Shown: positions 18,535 to 30,200, numbered from the stretch's first letter. The stretch: DNA of 32,000 nt from Candidatus Fokinia solitaria (GCF_003072485.1 NZ_CP025989.1:330001-362000); one strand, 5' to 3'. The notes: a model not told the origin generated them from the letters alone. Numbers and translations are program-made.

Positions 18535-18605
18535 GGTATTAGTTTTATATTCTCAATCTGATTTCGTCTAGCTTAGTCTTAAGTGAACTTTGGTATTGTA
18601 TCTGT

Positions 18606-19829
18606 ATGCAACTTTGGAAAAAATCGATTATCGGTATGCTTGGAGGAATACTATGCGGGGTATTTCTTCGTTACTATCATTGTGAATACGGTGTATTGAT
18701 ATTGAATTGTATGGAGGTACTTTCGACTCTTTACACCAATGCTTTAAAGATGATGATCATACCAGTAGTATTCTTCGCTGTGCTATTTGGTATTGTTAAT
18801 ACATCTGATATACAGCAATTTAAGAAAGTAGGGCTAAAAGCCATAGCAGTATGTGTTGTGAGTGCGATTATATCTTCTGGAATAGGATTGAGTCTCGGTA
18901 TTGTGATGCAGCCAGGAAGTGGAGTGAGTATTCAGTTGAGTGAAGAAGGCAATACATCGCAAAATGAGTTAGGGCACTTTATAGGAAATATTATACCGTC
19001 TAATCCGTTTGAAGCAATGTGTGCAGGAAATACGCTACAGGTTGTAGTTTTTGCATTTATTATTGGAATTGGTATCTTACTTACCCCTCATAGAGATGAA
19101 GCGAAAAAATTCGTGATTGTTACATCACAGATTCTTTTTAAAGTGATGGAAATTGTGATGAATTTTGCACCATATGGAGTATTCGCGATCATTTTATGTA
19201 TGACGGCAAAGCATGGATATGATGTACTGCATGGCCTTGGAAAGCTGTCAGGAGTGATCTTAGTAGGATTATGCGTCCAATATGTTGTCTTTCTATTAGC
19301 TGCGCGATTGATTAAGATTAAGCCGTTTCGTCTTCAACGCAAACTGTTTGAAACGCAAATGTTAGCATTTTCTACTTCATCATCTAAAGCTTGTATAGTG
19401 AAAGCGATAGACTTGCTACAGCATAAATTAGGAGTTTCGAGTAAGATTGCGAATTTCATATTACCACTAAGTACATCGGTAAATATGTCAGCGATTTCAA
19501 TTAGTTTGAGTATTAGCGCTTTATTCTTTGCGCAAGCGCTTGGTATGACAATCTCTACGATGGATTATTGTATAATAGTTCTCACCTCTACTCTTGGTGC
19601 TATAGGTGGCGCTGGTATACCAAGCGGCACTATTGTAATGATGAGTTTAGTATTATCATCTGTAGGTATTTCAGCAAGTGTAATACCGCTTCTTATAGGA
19701 TTTGATAGAGTACTTGATATGTGTAGAACTGTAATTAATATCACCGGAGATATCGTACTTACGTTGATAATGGCGAAGATTGAAGGTGAATTGGATCTAT
19801 TTGAGTGCAATAAGAGTGAAAAAATATGA
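18606..19829 (+). CDS. dicarboxylate/amino acid:cation symporter (DAACS family)
   Basis: 407 aa; NALKMMIIPVVFFAVLFGI, FSTSSSKACIVKAIDLL, FILPLSTSVNMSA, GAIGGAGIPSGTIVMMSLVLSSVG. Confidence 0.9.
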   Translation: MQLWKKSIIGMLGGILCGVFLRYYHCEYGVLILNCMEVLSTLYTNALKMMIIPVVFFAVLFGIVNTSDIQQFKKVGLKAIAVCVVSAIISSGIGLSLGIVMQPGSGVSIQLSEEGNTSQNELGHFIGNIIPSNPFEAMCAGNTLQVVVFAFIIGIGILLTPHRDEAKKFVIVTSQILFKVMEIVMNFAPYGVFAIILCMTAKHGYDVLHGLGKLSGVILVGLCVQYVVFLLAARLIKIKPFRLQRKLFETQMLAFSTSSSKACIVKAIDLLQHKLGVSSKIANFILPLSTSVNMSAISISLSISALFFAQALGMTISTMDYCIIVLTSTLGAIGGAGIPSGTIVMMSLVLSSVGISASVIPLLIGFDRVLDMCRTVINITGDIVLTLIMAKIEGELDLFECNKSEKI

Positions 19830-21238
19830 AAAAATCAACTGAGATTCCACATAGTGTGGAGTTAGAAATGGAAGTATTGGCGAAACTTTTTATTAATAAC
19901 GATGAAATAGATACCGTATCTGAACTTATATCGGCGCGATATTTCTATATACCGATTCACAGTAGGATATATGAGATTATGATGCAGCTATACAGTAGAG
20001 GATTACCTGCGTCACTTTCTACCGTTAAAGGATATATTAGTAGAGAATTTACTGATATCGATGTCTCACAATATGTAAAAGAATTGATAGAATTAGCCTC
20101 TCCATTCAGTGGCATAGAGAAGCTATGCTTTGCACTTCGCGAGTTATATCTCAAAAGAGAATTGATAAAACTCAGCGAGAGATCGATCAGTAATTGTTAT
20201 GATGATGAGTTGAAACTCACTGCTTCTGTCTGTATAGAGAAAATGGAAAGTGAACTTTTTAATGTTGCAATTAATTCCGGAGAACAAAGGACATTACAGC
20301 ACCTTAGCGAGGTAACGAGAAAGAATATGAAGAACCTTGATGCTGCTATCGATAGCGGAAGGGCGATTAGTGGCACTACTACAGGATTTTACGATATGGA
20401 TCATCTCACAGGAGGGTTACATCCATCAGATTTGATGATTATAGCGGCGCGTCCATCTATGGGGAAAACTGCTTTCGCATTAAAAATAGCATATAATGTT
20501 GCAAAGCATTACTATGATGAGAAAATAAATAAAGCCGTAGCTTTTTTCTCGCTTGAAATGTCTGCAGAGCAACTTGGTGCACGTCTTATATCAATGACTA
20601 CAGGAATAGATGGACATAGATTACGCAATGGAATGATCGATAAAAGAAAAGAGCTTCCACAGATCAATGAGAAAATTCAAGAGATTAATGCTTTACCGAT
20701 TCTTATTGATGATACCGCTGCGCTAACAATAGCATCGATCAAAGCGAAAGCGCGAAGAATTAAGAGAACTCATAACGTCGGTTTAATAGTTGTAGATTAT
20801 CTCCAGCTAGCTAGAGCATCCAATATCAATAGTAATACAAATAGAGTGCAAGAAATCGGCGAAATATCTCAGGGATTAAAAGCTATAGCAAAAGAATTGT
20901 CTATTCCAGTAATAGCATTATCACAGCTATCAAGAGCGGTAGAGTCGCGAGATGATAGAAGACCGATGTTACAGGATTTACGTGATAGTGGAAATATAGA
21001 ACAAGATGCAGATATAGTATGTTTCATATATAGAGAATCATACTATCTAAGCAGAGCTATAGAGCAAAATGACGGACTTAGCCCTGCAGAGAGAGGAGAA
21101 TTAGTGAATAAACGTAATATGGTAGGCAATATTGCAGAAATACTGATAGCTAAGCAAAGAAATGGACCTATAGGAACGTTTTCCACTATTTTTGAAGGAA
21201 GTACAACGAATTTTCTCAATATGGAGAGAAAAGACTGA
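19826..21238 (+). CDS. dnaB: replicative DNA helicase DnaB
   Basis: 470 aa; IPHSVELEMEVLAKLF, GGLHPSDLMIIAARPSMGKTAFALKIA Walker A, FFSLEMSAEQL, IVVDYLQL, LSQLSRAVESRDDRRPMLQDLRDSGNIEQDAD. Confidence 0.97.
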   Translation: MKKSTEIPHSVELEMEVLAKLFINNDEIDTVSELISARYFYIPIHSRIYEIMMQLYSRGLPASLSTVKGYISREFTDIDVSQYVKELIELASPFSGIEKLCFALRELYLKRELIKLSERSISNCYDDELKLTASVCIEKMESELFNVAINSGEQRTLQHLSEVTRKNMKNLDAAIDSGRAISGTTTGFYDMDHLTGGLHPSDLMIIAARPSMGKTAFALKIAYNVAKHYYDEKINKAVAFFSLEMSAEQLGARLISMTTGIDGHRLRNGMIDKRKELPQINEKIQEINALPILIDDTAALTIASIKAKARRIKRTHNVGLIVVDYLQLARASNINSNTNRVQEIGEISQGLKAIAKELSIPVIALSQLSRAVESRDDRRPMLQDLRDSGNIEQDADIVCFIYRESYYLSRAIEQNDGLSPAERGELVNKRNMVGNIAEILIAKQRNGPIGTFSTIFEGSTTNFLNMERKD

Positions 21239-21263
21239 CGTGCTGACGTCGGCAAATTTTTTT
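21235..21263 (+). terminator. putative Rho-independent terminator after dnaB
   Basis: CTGACGT-gctg-ACGTCGG hairpin followed by CAAATTTTTTT. Confidence 0.5.
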
Positions 21264-21407
21264 AATATGATTTTTCAAATTTGCCTTATAGAGAAAAGTG
21301 CAATTTTTTTTATATATGGTGTAATTCAATTCAAATAAATGAATTTTATAAAAAAGCAAAGATCGTGCTATTTAAGCTGAAAATAGAAAAATGCATTAAT
21401 CGTATCG

Positions 21408-22187
21408 CTATACATTGGTGTTCTGCTTCTCTAAAAACTCTTCTGCAAGCATCATATATGAGATTGAGCCGGTACACTTAGAATCATATATAATTGCAGG
21501 CTTACCGTGAGATGGTGCTTCTGAAAGTTTTACATTTCTAGGTATTAGTGTGCGATATACTGTATCTCCTAATTCGTTTCTTACTTCTTGTACTATCTCA
21601 TGACAGATGTTGTTTCTCTTATCAAACATTGTCACTACTATACCTTCTATTTTTATTTGTGCGTTAATGGTGTTTTGCACTAATTTTATAGTATTTAAAA
21701 TGTATGCTAAACCTTCCATTGGAAGAAATTCGCACTGTAGAGGTATAATTACGCTGTTTGCACACGCAAAGGCATTTAATGTCAAAACACCAATTGATGG
21801 AGGGCAATCTATAAAAATGAAATCGTATCGTGGCAGCAATTCTTTTATTGCTGTCTTTAGAATAAGTTCAGGCATTGCTACTTTTAACAACTCCTTTTCC
21901 GCTATTGCTAATTGAATAGTAGACGTGATAATTTCCATATTATCTATATCAGCACTAACAGGTACTACAGAAGGGCTGACTTTATTCAATAGTACTTCGT
22001 ATAGAGTATAAACTCTCTTTGCATTTTCTATACCAAAGCTTGTACTTAAGTTACCTTGTGGATCGCTATCTATGAGTAATACTCTATACCCAATTACAGA
22101 GAGTGCTGTTGCGAGATTGACAACTGTTGTTGTCTTTCCTACTCCTCCTTTTTGATTTGCAACGGCTATTACTTTAGCCATGATCAA
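21408..22187 (-). CDS. parA: ParA/Soj-family chromosome partitioning ATPase
   Basis: 259 aa; MAKVIAVANQKGGVGKTTTVVNLATAL, LLIDSDPQGNLSTSFG, FIFIDCPPSIGVLTLNA. Confidence 0.92.
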   Translation of the reverse strand: MIMAKVIAVANQKGGVGKTTTVVNLATALSVIGYRVLLIDSDPQGNLSTSFGIENAKRVYTLYEVLLNKVSPSVVPVSADIDNMEIITSTIQLAIAEKELLKVAMPELILKTAIKELLPRYDFIFIDCPPSIGVLTLNAFACANSVIIPLQCEFLPMEGLAYILNTIKLVQNTINAQIKIEGIVVTMFDKRNNICHEIVQEVRNELGDTVYRTLIPRNVKLSEAPSHGKPAIIYDSKCTGSISYMMLAEEFLEKQNTNV

Positions 22188-22307
22188 TACTGCACAAGTC
22201 TATGATGAAACGTCAAAACGATTGTAATGGTGAAATACATAAAAATCCATTCTTGCGAACTTATAGCATGATATTTGCGGTGAAATCGCTAAAAGTGCTG
22301 ATAAAAA

Positions 22308-23042
22308 TCAAGAGTGAAAGAACTTTTCCACTACTTCATTATTACTGTTATTGCACTCATCGAGTGTACCACTCCATCCAATTGTACGATCTTTTATTAT
22401 TATTACGTTATCTGCGACTGTTTTTGTATAGTGCATGTCATGCGATACACTTACTACAGTGTACTTCATTTTATGATGTAGTTCGTGGATTAATGCAGAG
22501 ATTTTTTCTGATGTCTCTCTATCCAAGCCTGAAGTAGGCTCATCTAGCATCAGAAGTGTAGATTGCGTTGCTATTGCGCGTGCGATGCCTATTCTTTTCT
22601 GCATTCCGCCAGAGGATTGTTTACTGTTGCTGAAAGCTAGTTCCGGGGAAAGTTCGACCATTTTTAGGAGTGTTTTGGCACTTTCTATTAGCTCTTCATC
22701 CGTTTTGACTTCATTTATGAACTCGTTGAACATAATATCCTGCCACACGAGTAATGAGTCAAATGATGCGTTTAATTGGAAAGAAAAGCCTATTTTAGAG
22801 ATCGGAGCAGGGCGCTCTGATATATGTGAGGCGCCAACTTCATGTCCTCCTACTACTATAGATGTGCCTTTATCAGCTATCAGAAGACCACTCATGCACT
22901 TCAGAAGAACAGACTTTCCGCTACCTGATGCACCTAGTATAACGGTGGAAGTACCTGCCTTCAGATTGAAAGATATATCAGATAAAACAGTAGAACTATT
23001 GAAGCTTTTCGATAAATTCTTTACATGTATCGAGAGACTCAT
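22308..23042 (-). CDS. ABC transporter ATP-binding protein, MlaF-like
   Basis: 244 aa; VILGASGSGKSVLLKCMSGLL Walker A, GGMQKRIGIARAIA signature, LLMLDEPTSGLD Walker B, VVSVSHDM; SVLLK variant is typical of MlaF/Ttg2A. Confidence 0.85.
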   Translation of the reverse strand: MSLSIHVKNLSKSFNSSTVLSDISFNLKAGTSTVILGASGSGKSVLLKCMSGLLIADKGTSIVVGGHEVGASHISERPAPISKIGFSFQLNASFDSLLVWQDIMFNEFINEVKTDEELIESAKTLLKMVELSPELAFSNSKQSSGGMQKRIGIARAIATQSTLLMLDEPTSGLDRETSEKISALIHELHHKMKYTVVSVSHDMHYTKTVADNVIIIKDRTIGWSGTLDECNNSNNEVVEKFFHS

Positions 23043-23053
23043 GCCAGATCTGA

Positions 23054-23194
23054 TTAAGCAGAAAGTACGTGCCGTCCCTTCGCACGTCTGTTTCTTATCA
23101 CCGCACGTCCTCCGACTGTTGCCATTCTTGCTCTAAATCCATGCCTTCTCTTTCTAACTATAGTACTTGGTTGGTAAGTTCTTTTAGTAGCCAT
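23054..23194 (-). CDS. rpmH: 50S ribosomal protein L34
   Basis: 46 aa [46 protein letters not shown]; the ORF track start (23254) is too far upstream, true ATG at 23194. Confidence 0.96.
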   Translation of the reverse strand: MATKRTYQPSTIVRKRRHGFRARMATVGGRAVIRNRRAKGRHVLSA

Positions 23195-23440
23195 TTTGAG
23201 AAAAAAATACTTAACATGCTCATGGTAAATGAAAAAAAAACGGTGCACAAGCAATTAAATTACTGTGATGCAAAAAACTTACTCAGTTATTAAAACGAAG
23301 TAGAAACGCAGCAATATAGTTTTATTTGAAGTGCACGGCATTTTGGATAGAAAAATGTACTCAATTCATGGTAAGAAGATTTTTTTAAAGCATCGCATTA
23401 TCATGCAGAATGAGGAGTATCTTACGTTTGAGATAACTGA

Positions 23441-24883
23441 TCATTTCTTCGCCGATACTGAAACATTCTCTTTCGGATACAGTGCGAGTATATGATATGA
23501 GTTCTTTAAGAACATTGCGCCATTTTGGAAAGTAGGAGTTTCATAAAATGAAGAAGGAATGCGCTCTACAGAGAGTAATTTTCCAGTTAGCATATCAAAT
23601 GTAAGACATGAATTCTTAGTATTTTTAAGAACCACTCTATTTCCCGCGACTATCGGATGAGTATATATTACATCAGTGCTAAAAATAGCTTTTATTTTCG
23701 TTATGATAGATTCTTGTACCTCTACTGCGGATTTTAGCTGATACTTCCATTGAATTAAGCCATTACATAATTTTATCGCGAGTAGCGTATTGTTTGCATC
23801 GATAAAATACCCTAAATCTCCAGCGCCAGCAATTAATGTTGTAGGATGATAAAATTTTCTCCACAGTATTTTTGATTGTTCAAGGTCGTAATATTCGATA
23901 ATGCCGTCTTTTTTAGCTATTATATATCCAGTTTTATACTGAAGGATGCTTTGCGTATATTCATTATATCTTGTAGAGATAATTGCAGAATCTTGAGAGA
24001 AAAATTCTACAAGTGGTGAGTATATAGTTGATATATTAAATCTTTTTCCTTGTGCTGTATGAACGATATTGATTTTGTATACCTTTATCGCGCCATTTGC
24101 GATAGTTTGTATTGCAATTAATGCACTATCTTGAGTTATTGGTGTGATAACGATGTTATTGTTATAAATCTCCTTTATAACTACGCCTTCTACTTTAGGG
24201 ATAGCTAACAGCATTTTTCCATCATTTTTATCAAATAGTACGAGTTCACTATTAAGAGATGATGTAATTACGAAATCGTCAAAGAATTGAGGCGTAGTGA
24301 TTAGCGGGTTACTATATGAAGAATACCAGAGAGTAGTACCTTTATTAGCATCTACTTTCATGAAGCTGCCAAATGTATCGGTGCAATATACAGCATTTTC
24401 GGATTGATTATACGATATAGATGCACCTATGTATGCACGATATCCAATTCGTAATATTTGCTTATTACTTTTTTGTTTATTGCTTCTCGAAAGAGTATCG
24501 TTACTCCATATTACATCTCCATTAGGTGAGTAGCATATTATTGTACCATGTGCGTCTATCACTACGACATTCTGAGAATTGGTAGTGATCGGATTACCGC
24601 TATTTGGATATGCAATATTTGAGAAGCATCGAAACTTTTTAGTAGTATAACCTTTGTTCCATCTGAATTTTGCATTTGCATTAATAGCAGATTGATAAGT
24701 TAGAACTTCTGTAGGATATTCGGAAGTATCGCAAGTACTGCTTGTATCGATAGTACCATGCGAAGAAAATACGGAAATTTTTTCTCCTACAATCGGTTTC
24801 TTAGAGCCCGCCATCAAATCTTCGATAGGGCCGCATCCTACTGTTGAAAGGATTGATAACAATAAAATACTAATTTTTCTCAT
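23441..24883 (-). CDS. PQQ-repeat/BamB-like beta-propeller lipoprotein
   Basis: 480 aa; lipoprotein signal MRKISILLLSILSTVGCG; repeats such as GDVIWSND, GTTLWYSS, LVLFDKNDGKMLLAIP, SKILWRKFY, CNGLIQWKYQ. Confidence 0.75.
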   Translation of the reverse strand: MRKISILLLSILSTVGCGPIEDLMAGSKKPIVGEKISVFSSHGTIDTSSTCDTSEYPTEVLTYQSAINANAKFRWNKGYTTKKFRCFSNIAYPNSGNPITTNSQNVVVIDAHGTIICYSPNGDVIWSNDTLSRSNKQKSNKQILRIGYRAYIGASISYNQSENAVYCTDTFGSFMKVDANKGTTLWYSSYSNPLITTPQFFDDFVITSSLNSELVLFDKNDGKMLLAIPKVEGVVIKEIYNNNIVITPITQDSALIAIQTIANGAIKVYKINIVHTAQGKRFNISTIYSPLVEFFSQDSAIISTRYNEYTQSILQYKTGYIIAKKDGIIEYYDLEQSKILWRKFYHPTTLIAGAGDLGYFIDANNTLLAIKLCNGLIQWKYQLKSAVEVQESIITKIKAIFSTDVIYTHPIVAGNRVVLKNTKNSCLTFDMLTGKLLSVERIPSSFYETPTFQNGAMFLKNSYHILALYPKENVSVSAKK

Positions 24884-24993
24884 TATATTGTATACTCAAT
24901 GTGATGGTGTGCAAAAATAATACCAGCCAATGTTATTCATATAATAGTAGAAATCTAGTTATTGTGAGTATAAGTATCATAAGAAATGCGTTT

Positions 24994-25554
24994 ATGCATC
25001 GTATTTACGTCATTTTAAAAAGTAAATTGATATTCGTTTTAGCTTGGAGTGTACCGATTGCCCTTGCCATCGGTGTAGAGCAATTCTTGCATATGGCGCC
25101 TTGTGCATTATGCCTAAAAGTGCGTAAGATGTATTATCTTGGCGCATGTATTGGAATTTTTAGCATTATTTTTGAAAATAAAATTAAAAAGTGGAAGGTT
25201 GCATATGGATTATTATCTTTTATTCAAGTAGCAGTAGCGGCACTGATTGTAGCAATAAGCTTTGTGCATTTCACAGTGGAGAACAATATACAAGCTTTTC
25301 ATTTTTTAACGAAATATCAGTTATTTCAATGTTCTTTGGATAGTGGATATGATTTTCAAAATGAAGCTGAATGGATGAAATTTATACAAGGGCGTCATTT
25401 TGTCAGTTGTGCAGAAAAAAATATGATACTAGGTATATCATTCGTTACTTTAAGTCTCATATACTCTATATTTCTCGTTCTATATAGTGCTGCAAGAGTA
25501 CTACTAGAATTGTCTAATAAGTGGAAAGGATGCAAGAAGACATTGGATTTGTAA
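24994..25554 (+). CDS. disulfide bond formation protein B (DsbB)-like
   Basis: Track ORF starts 24901, ATG at 24994 is more plausible. Four hydrophobic segments, LHMAPCALCLKVRKMYYLG (CxxC after TM1), second Cys pair QCSLDSGYDF...VSCAEKN. Confidence 0.78.
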   Translation: MHRIYVILKSKLIFVLAWSVPIALAIGVEQFLHMAPCALCLKVRKMYYLGACIGIFSIIFENKIKKWKVAYGLLSFIQVAVAALIVAISFVHFTVENNIQAFHFLTKYQLFQCSLDSGYDFQNEAEWMKFIQGRHFVSCAEKNMILGISFVTLSLIYSIFLVLYSAARVLLELSNKWKGCKKTLDL

Positions 25555-26189
25555 TAAGCACTTCTAACATTGATGAATATTCTGTACTATTAGATATTTT
25601 TCTCAGAAAAGGCGGGCGTATAGTTGGCGTATGTAATGCTGCTACTGCAGCTTTTTATAGAGCGTTAAAAGGCTCTCTTATAGAAGTGCAGTTGTACAGC
25701 GCTGCATCGAATAACAAATTGAGTAAATTTTATATTCAAAATTCAAAATCTATTCTTGGACGCAGTAAGTATTCTTGCTGTTTTCAGATAGTTCTTGAAA
25801 TGCTAGATGTAGTGCTAGTGCAAAAGATTGAAGCCGTATCATTATGGATGTGCCTTCAATGGATACATAGATGTATCAATAGCGATAATCTTACTTTTAA
25901 GTATATGGTAAAGCTTCATATAATATTTGAAATTGAATTGATGAATTTCTTAGGAGAGACTGACGTCTTTCAGCATATAAGTGAAAAATTAGCGTTGGAA
26001 TATCACAATGCTTCGTCTTATGACTGTGAATCGTTAAATTCACGTGCTATATATTCTGCCGCTTTATCAAGAGAGGATTATATCGCCGTTACGTCGTTCA
26101 CTGATGCTGCACTGCAGCGGTATGATAAAAGTGTTAAAAATATCAGAAAAACCCTTATTTTCATGAGAGATTTCAACGAAAAAAATTGA
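25530..26189 (+). CDS. RecO-like DNA repair protein, divergent
   Basis: Track start 25521; ATG at 25530. N-terminus DIGFVISTSNIDEYSVLLDIFLRKGGRIVGVCNAATAAFYRALKGSLIEVQLYSAASNNKLSKFYI resembles the RecO OB-fold N-terminal pattern; the rest is weakly diagnostic. Confidence 0.45.
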   Translation: MQEDIGFVISTSNIDEYSVLLDIFLRKGGRIVGVCNAATAAFYRALKGSLIEVQLYSAASNNKLSKFYIQNSKSILGRSKYSCCFQIVLEMLDVVLVQKIEAVSLWMCLQWIHRCINSDNLTFKYMVKLHIIFEIELMNFLGETDVFQHISEKLALEYHNASSYDCESLNSRAIYSAALSREDYIAVTSFTDAALQRYDKSVKNIRKTLIFMRDFNEKN

Positions 26190-26250
26190 TTGATACTTGA
26201 TGCGTTTTATAATACCATTTCCATGGAAACGCGAGTATGGCTTTTAGTAA

Positions 26251-26439
26251 ATGATATCACAGATTCAGAAATTTTTTAGAGAAGTAAATAATGAACGCTT
26301 CAAAGTAAATTGGCCTAGTACACGAGATTCTTTTTTCGCACTTCTTGGAATCTTTGCTTTTGCTTTGATGATGGGGCTTTTCCTATTAACTCTAGATTTT
26401 GTATCATATAGTGCAATAAAAGCATTTTTAAATGTTTAA
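26251..26439 (+). CDS. secE: preprotein translocase subunit SecE
   Basis: 62 aa; QKFFREVNNERFKVNWPSTRDSFFALLGIFAFALMMGLFLLTLDFV; immediately upstream of nusG. Confidence 0.88.
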   Translation: MISQIQKFFREVNNERFKVNWPSTRDSFFALLGIFAFALMMGLFLLTLDFVSYSAIKAFLNV

Positions 26440-26451
26440 TTCAGAGAAGTT

Positions 26452-26985
26452 ATGAATGAAAATAGTATGTGGTATGTGGTATACGTGATACCTGGAAAAG
26501 AGCAGTACTTCATAGATGCTTTACAAAAAAAGAAGGAAAAAGTGGCATTTTCTGTGCTGGATATTCTTTCACCTATCGAAAAGGTGTTGGTGTCAAAGAA
26601 TAACAGAAAAAAAGAGATGGTGAAAAGAGCACTTCCTGGATACGTTTTTCTCAAGATTTCTAAGATATCCGATGAATTGATAAAATTTCTCAGAGATACT
26701 AATCATGTTTCAGGCTTCTTAGGAGGTTCGTCGCCATCTCCAATTACAGAAGAGGAAGTACAAACGATGTTGAATTCAGTACAAAGTAAGAGAGAAATGC
26801 TTGATGCTATACCGGAGTTTTGTATTGGAGATAATGTTAGTATTGTAGAAGGAGCATTTGAGGGCTTTTTAGGGATAGTGCAATCTGTAGATAAAGAAAA
26901 ATCTACACTTGGTGTAACACTATCAATATTTGGAAGAGAAAATTTAGTATCCGTAAGCTTTATGCAAGCTAAGAAAGGTAAGTAA
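26452..26985 (+). CDS. nusG: transcription termination/antitermination protein NusG
   Basis: 177 aa; WYVVYVIPGKEQYFIDAL, FPGYVFLKI-like RALPGYVFLKI, DNVSIVEGAFEGFLGIVQSVD KOW motif. Confidence 0.95.
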   Translation: MNENSMWYVVYVIPGKEQYFIDALQKKKEKVAFSVLDILSPIEKVLVSKNNRKKEMVKRALPGYVFLKISKISDELIKFLRDTNHVSGFLGGSSPSPITEEEVQTMLNSVQSKREMLDAIPEFCIGDNVSIVEGAFEGFLGIVQSVDKEKSTLGVTLSIFGRENLVSVSFMQAKKGK

Positions 26986-27270
26986 GATCTGTGTAGAAAT
27001 TTTGAGAAAGCAATTATATCTATCTCATTTTTGTTATGTATGTGAGAGTTGAGTAATCTAGATCTTTAGTAGTAGAAAAGAATCATATACAAGTACTGAT
27101 GTCATTACCGACTACACTATTGTCAATTACTCATCGTTTATGGAAGAATATAAGTGCTTTCATGAAGATAAGATAAGTTTATACCAATCCGTTGTTAAGC
27201 ATCAAAGTATCAGAAAGCACCTAATCAAATATACGTTAAGTAAAATACGATATTAAAAGAATATTTTCCA

Positions 27271-30200
27271 TTAAACCTTATGTATGACAATTTGTATGTT
27301 TATAACATCTACTCTTCCATCAAGAGATGATATATCAATTTCAAATTTGTTACTTGTAACATCACTCATTATCGAAGAAACTTCAGCTTCGGTAGCGAGA
27401 GTTGTAGTAAGTATATATGTTTTAAAACGAGCCACTATATCACTGATTTGTTGGACATTCTCTCGCAGTAGTACATTAATTCTTATTTTCTGTGTGATTT
27501 CAAGATTTTCCTCTTTTCTAGATTGTTGTATAAAGCGGACTAAATCTCTCGCAATGCCTTCGTCAATTAATTCTTGAGAGAGCGATGTATCTAATATCAC
27601 TACGCCATCGGATAGCACTTTTGCTACATTTTTATATTTTTCTTTAATTTCTAATGCTTTTTGAAATTCGCCTTCATTCAATGTCACTCCTCCAACAATT
27701 AAGCTATTTTTAGTATAGCTAAAGTCTTTCTTTTTGAAAGCGGATAATATTTGTTTCACATGTTGAGGTCTTGTTTTTCCGAGTGTTGGTAAATTTAGCT
27801 TAAAAACTAAGTCAGCATATTGAACGATTTCCGTTTTATCAGCGTTAATCCATTCTTTTACGTTAATTTCATCTAGTATAATTTCTCTCATCTCATTGCT
27901 AAATTCAAAATCTGATACTCCAATAAAAGTAACGCATTTCAATGGTTGTCTGATCCTAATTTTTTGTTCATTTCTTATAGCCAGTGCGTTATTACACGCT
28001 AATCTTACCCTTTCCATATTACTTATTAACGATTCTGATATCTCGAACTGCGATAATTCAGGATACTCTTCTAGATGTACGCTTTTTTGATAATTTCCAT
28101 CAATTTCTGATAGTCCTAGATAAATTGCTTCCGACAAAGTAGGTGCGAGAGGTGCGAGTATTTTACAAAGAGTAAATAAGACAGTATACAACGTGTTAAA
28201 TGCCTCTTCTTTCTGTGCATTGTATCCGCTTTGCCAAAATATATGCCTAGATCTTCTAACGTACCAGTTATTCAATACTTCTAAAAAAGATGCTACTTCC
28301 TGTATGCATATGGCGGTATCGTAATTTTCCATAGCATTTTTTATTATTATCCATGTTTTTAGCAATTTTTGCAGTATATAGCGATTCAGAAGCGAGTGAG
28401 CAGTATCGATATTGCGAGGTGTTACTTGATCAATCTTTAGGTAGAGCATTAGGAAATTGTACGTACTCCATAGTGGCTTTACTACACCTTTGATTATGTT
28501 AATTGCACCTGTTACATCAGAATCTATAACGATATCTTCACCTTTTATTGCTTGTGAAGATAACATAAAGAGCCTTACCGCATCGGAACCTAATTTTTCT
28601 AGAGTTTTAAGAGGATCAGGGAAATTTTGCAGTCTTTTAGATAATTTCTTTCCGTCTGTACCTAGTACTACGCCGTGCGCTATGCAGTTCTTAAAAGGAA
28701 CTGTATTAAACAATGCTGTTGCTAAGACAAGCATTGTATAAAACCATCCTCGAGTTTGTGCTGCATACTCGACTACGAATTCTGCGGTAAAGTGAGACGC
28801 TGTATCGGTAAAAGGATGGCCGTATTGAGCAAATGGCATTGCGCCACTTTCAAACCAACAGTCAAAGACTTCTTTAACTCTTACAAGTCGTGATTTTCCC
28901 GTAGGATCTGATGGATTAATTTTTGTAAGACTGTCAATGAATGGTCTATGTAAGTTCGTTACTTTTATTCCAAAACTTTTTTCAATCTCTTCAATTGAGC
29001 CATATACTTCGACATGAGGATATCGAGGATCATCACTTTCCCATACTGGTATAGGGCAGCCCCAGTAACGAGTTCTTGAAATTGACCAATCTCGAGCATT
29101 TTCAAGCCATTTACCAAAAAGACCATTTTGTATATGAGAAGGATGCCACTTGATATGCTGATTTAATTTTAGCATTTTCTCTTTAATTTGAGTAACGGCA
29201 AGGTACCATGACGGTACAGCGCGGTATATCAATGGAGTATCTGTACGCCAGCAGTGAGGATAGCTGTGAAAATATTGTTCTGTTTTTAACCACGCATTTT
29301 TAATCTTTAACGCTTTTATAATATCGATCTCGGTATCAAATACTTGACGTCCTACGTAATCTGTTACTGGAAACGTAAATTTGCAACCATCATCTATCGG
29401 ACATACAGGATTTACATTATATAATTTCGCAAGATTATGATCGTCTTCGCCGAATCCAGGTGCTATATGAACTATGCCTGTGCCATTCTCAATTGTAACG
29501 AAATCGCCATGTACAACTTTGAAAGCATTTTGTTCATTAGTAAAATACTGAAATAGAGGCTTATACTGAATGCCAATCAAATCTTTTCCTAGTACCGTGC
29601 ATATTATGTCATTTCCTACTTCTTCCGCGTATTTTGGCAATAATACTTCTGATATAATGAAGATCGTGCTTTCATGTTCAACTATTGCGTATACGATATC
29701 TTGATTAACAGCTAGAAGAAGATTCGATGTAAGAGTCCATGGAGTAGTTGTCCAAGCGAGTAATGCTATTCTTTTATTTTTCCCTACTAAGGAAAATAAG
29801 TAATCAGATTCTACTACTTCAAAAAGTACCGTGACAGCTTTACTTTCTTTTTCCCTATATGAATTATCCAAACGCGTTTCGAAGTCGGAAATAGGAGTTT
29901 CGCACTTCCAAGAGTATGGCATTATTCTCGATGCTTTATATATAAGATCATCAGCATAAAGCTTCTTGAAGCACCAAATAACACTTTGCATATAGCTTAT
30001 ATCCATAGTCTTGTACTCTTCATTACTTCTTAGCCATCGTGCAGATTTAGAAAAGTATTGAAGCCATTCATCGGTGTATTTCAAAACGCTTTTACTACAA
30101 TGATCGTTGAATTTTTGTATACCGAGATCTTCTATTTGAGCTTTTCCTATGATATTTAACTCTTTTTCCGCTTCAAGTTCTGCTGGTAAGCCATGGCAAT

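Noticed and set aside
26190-26250. tRNA upstream of secE (a tRNA often lies there)
   Set aside because: The 60-nt gap does not form a cloverleaf and lacks a T-loop consensus.
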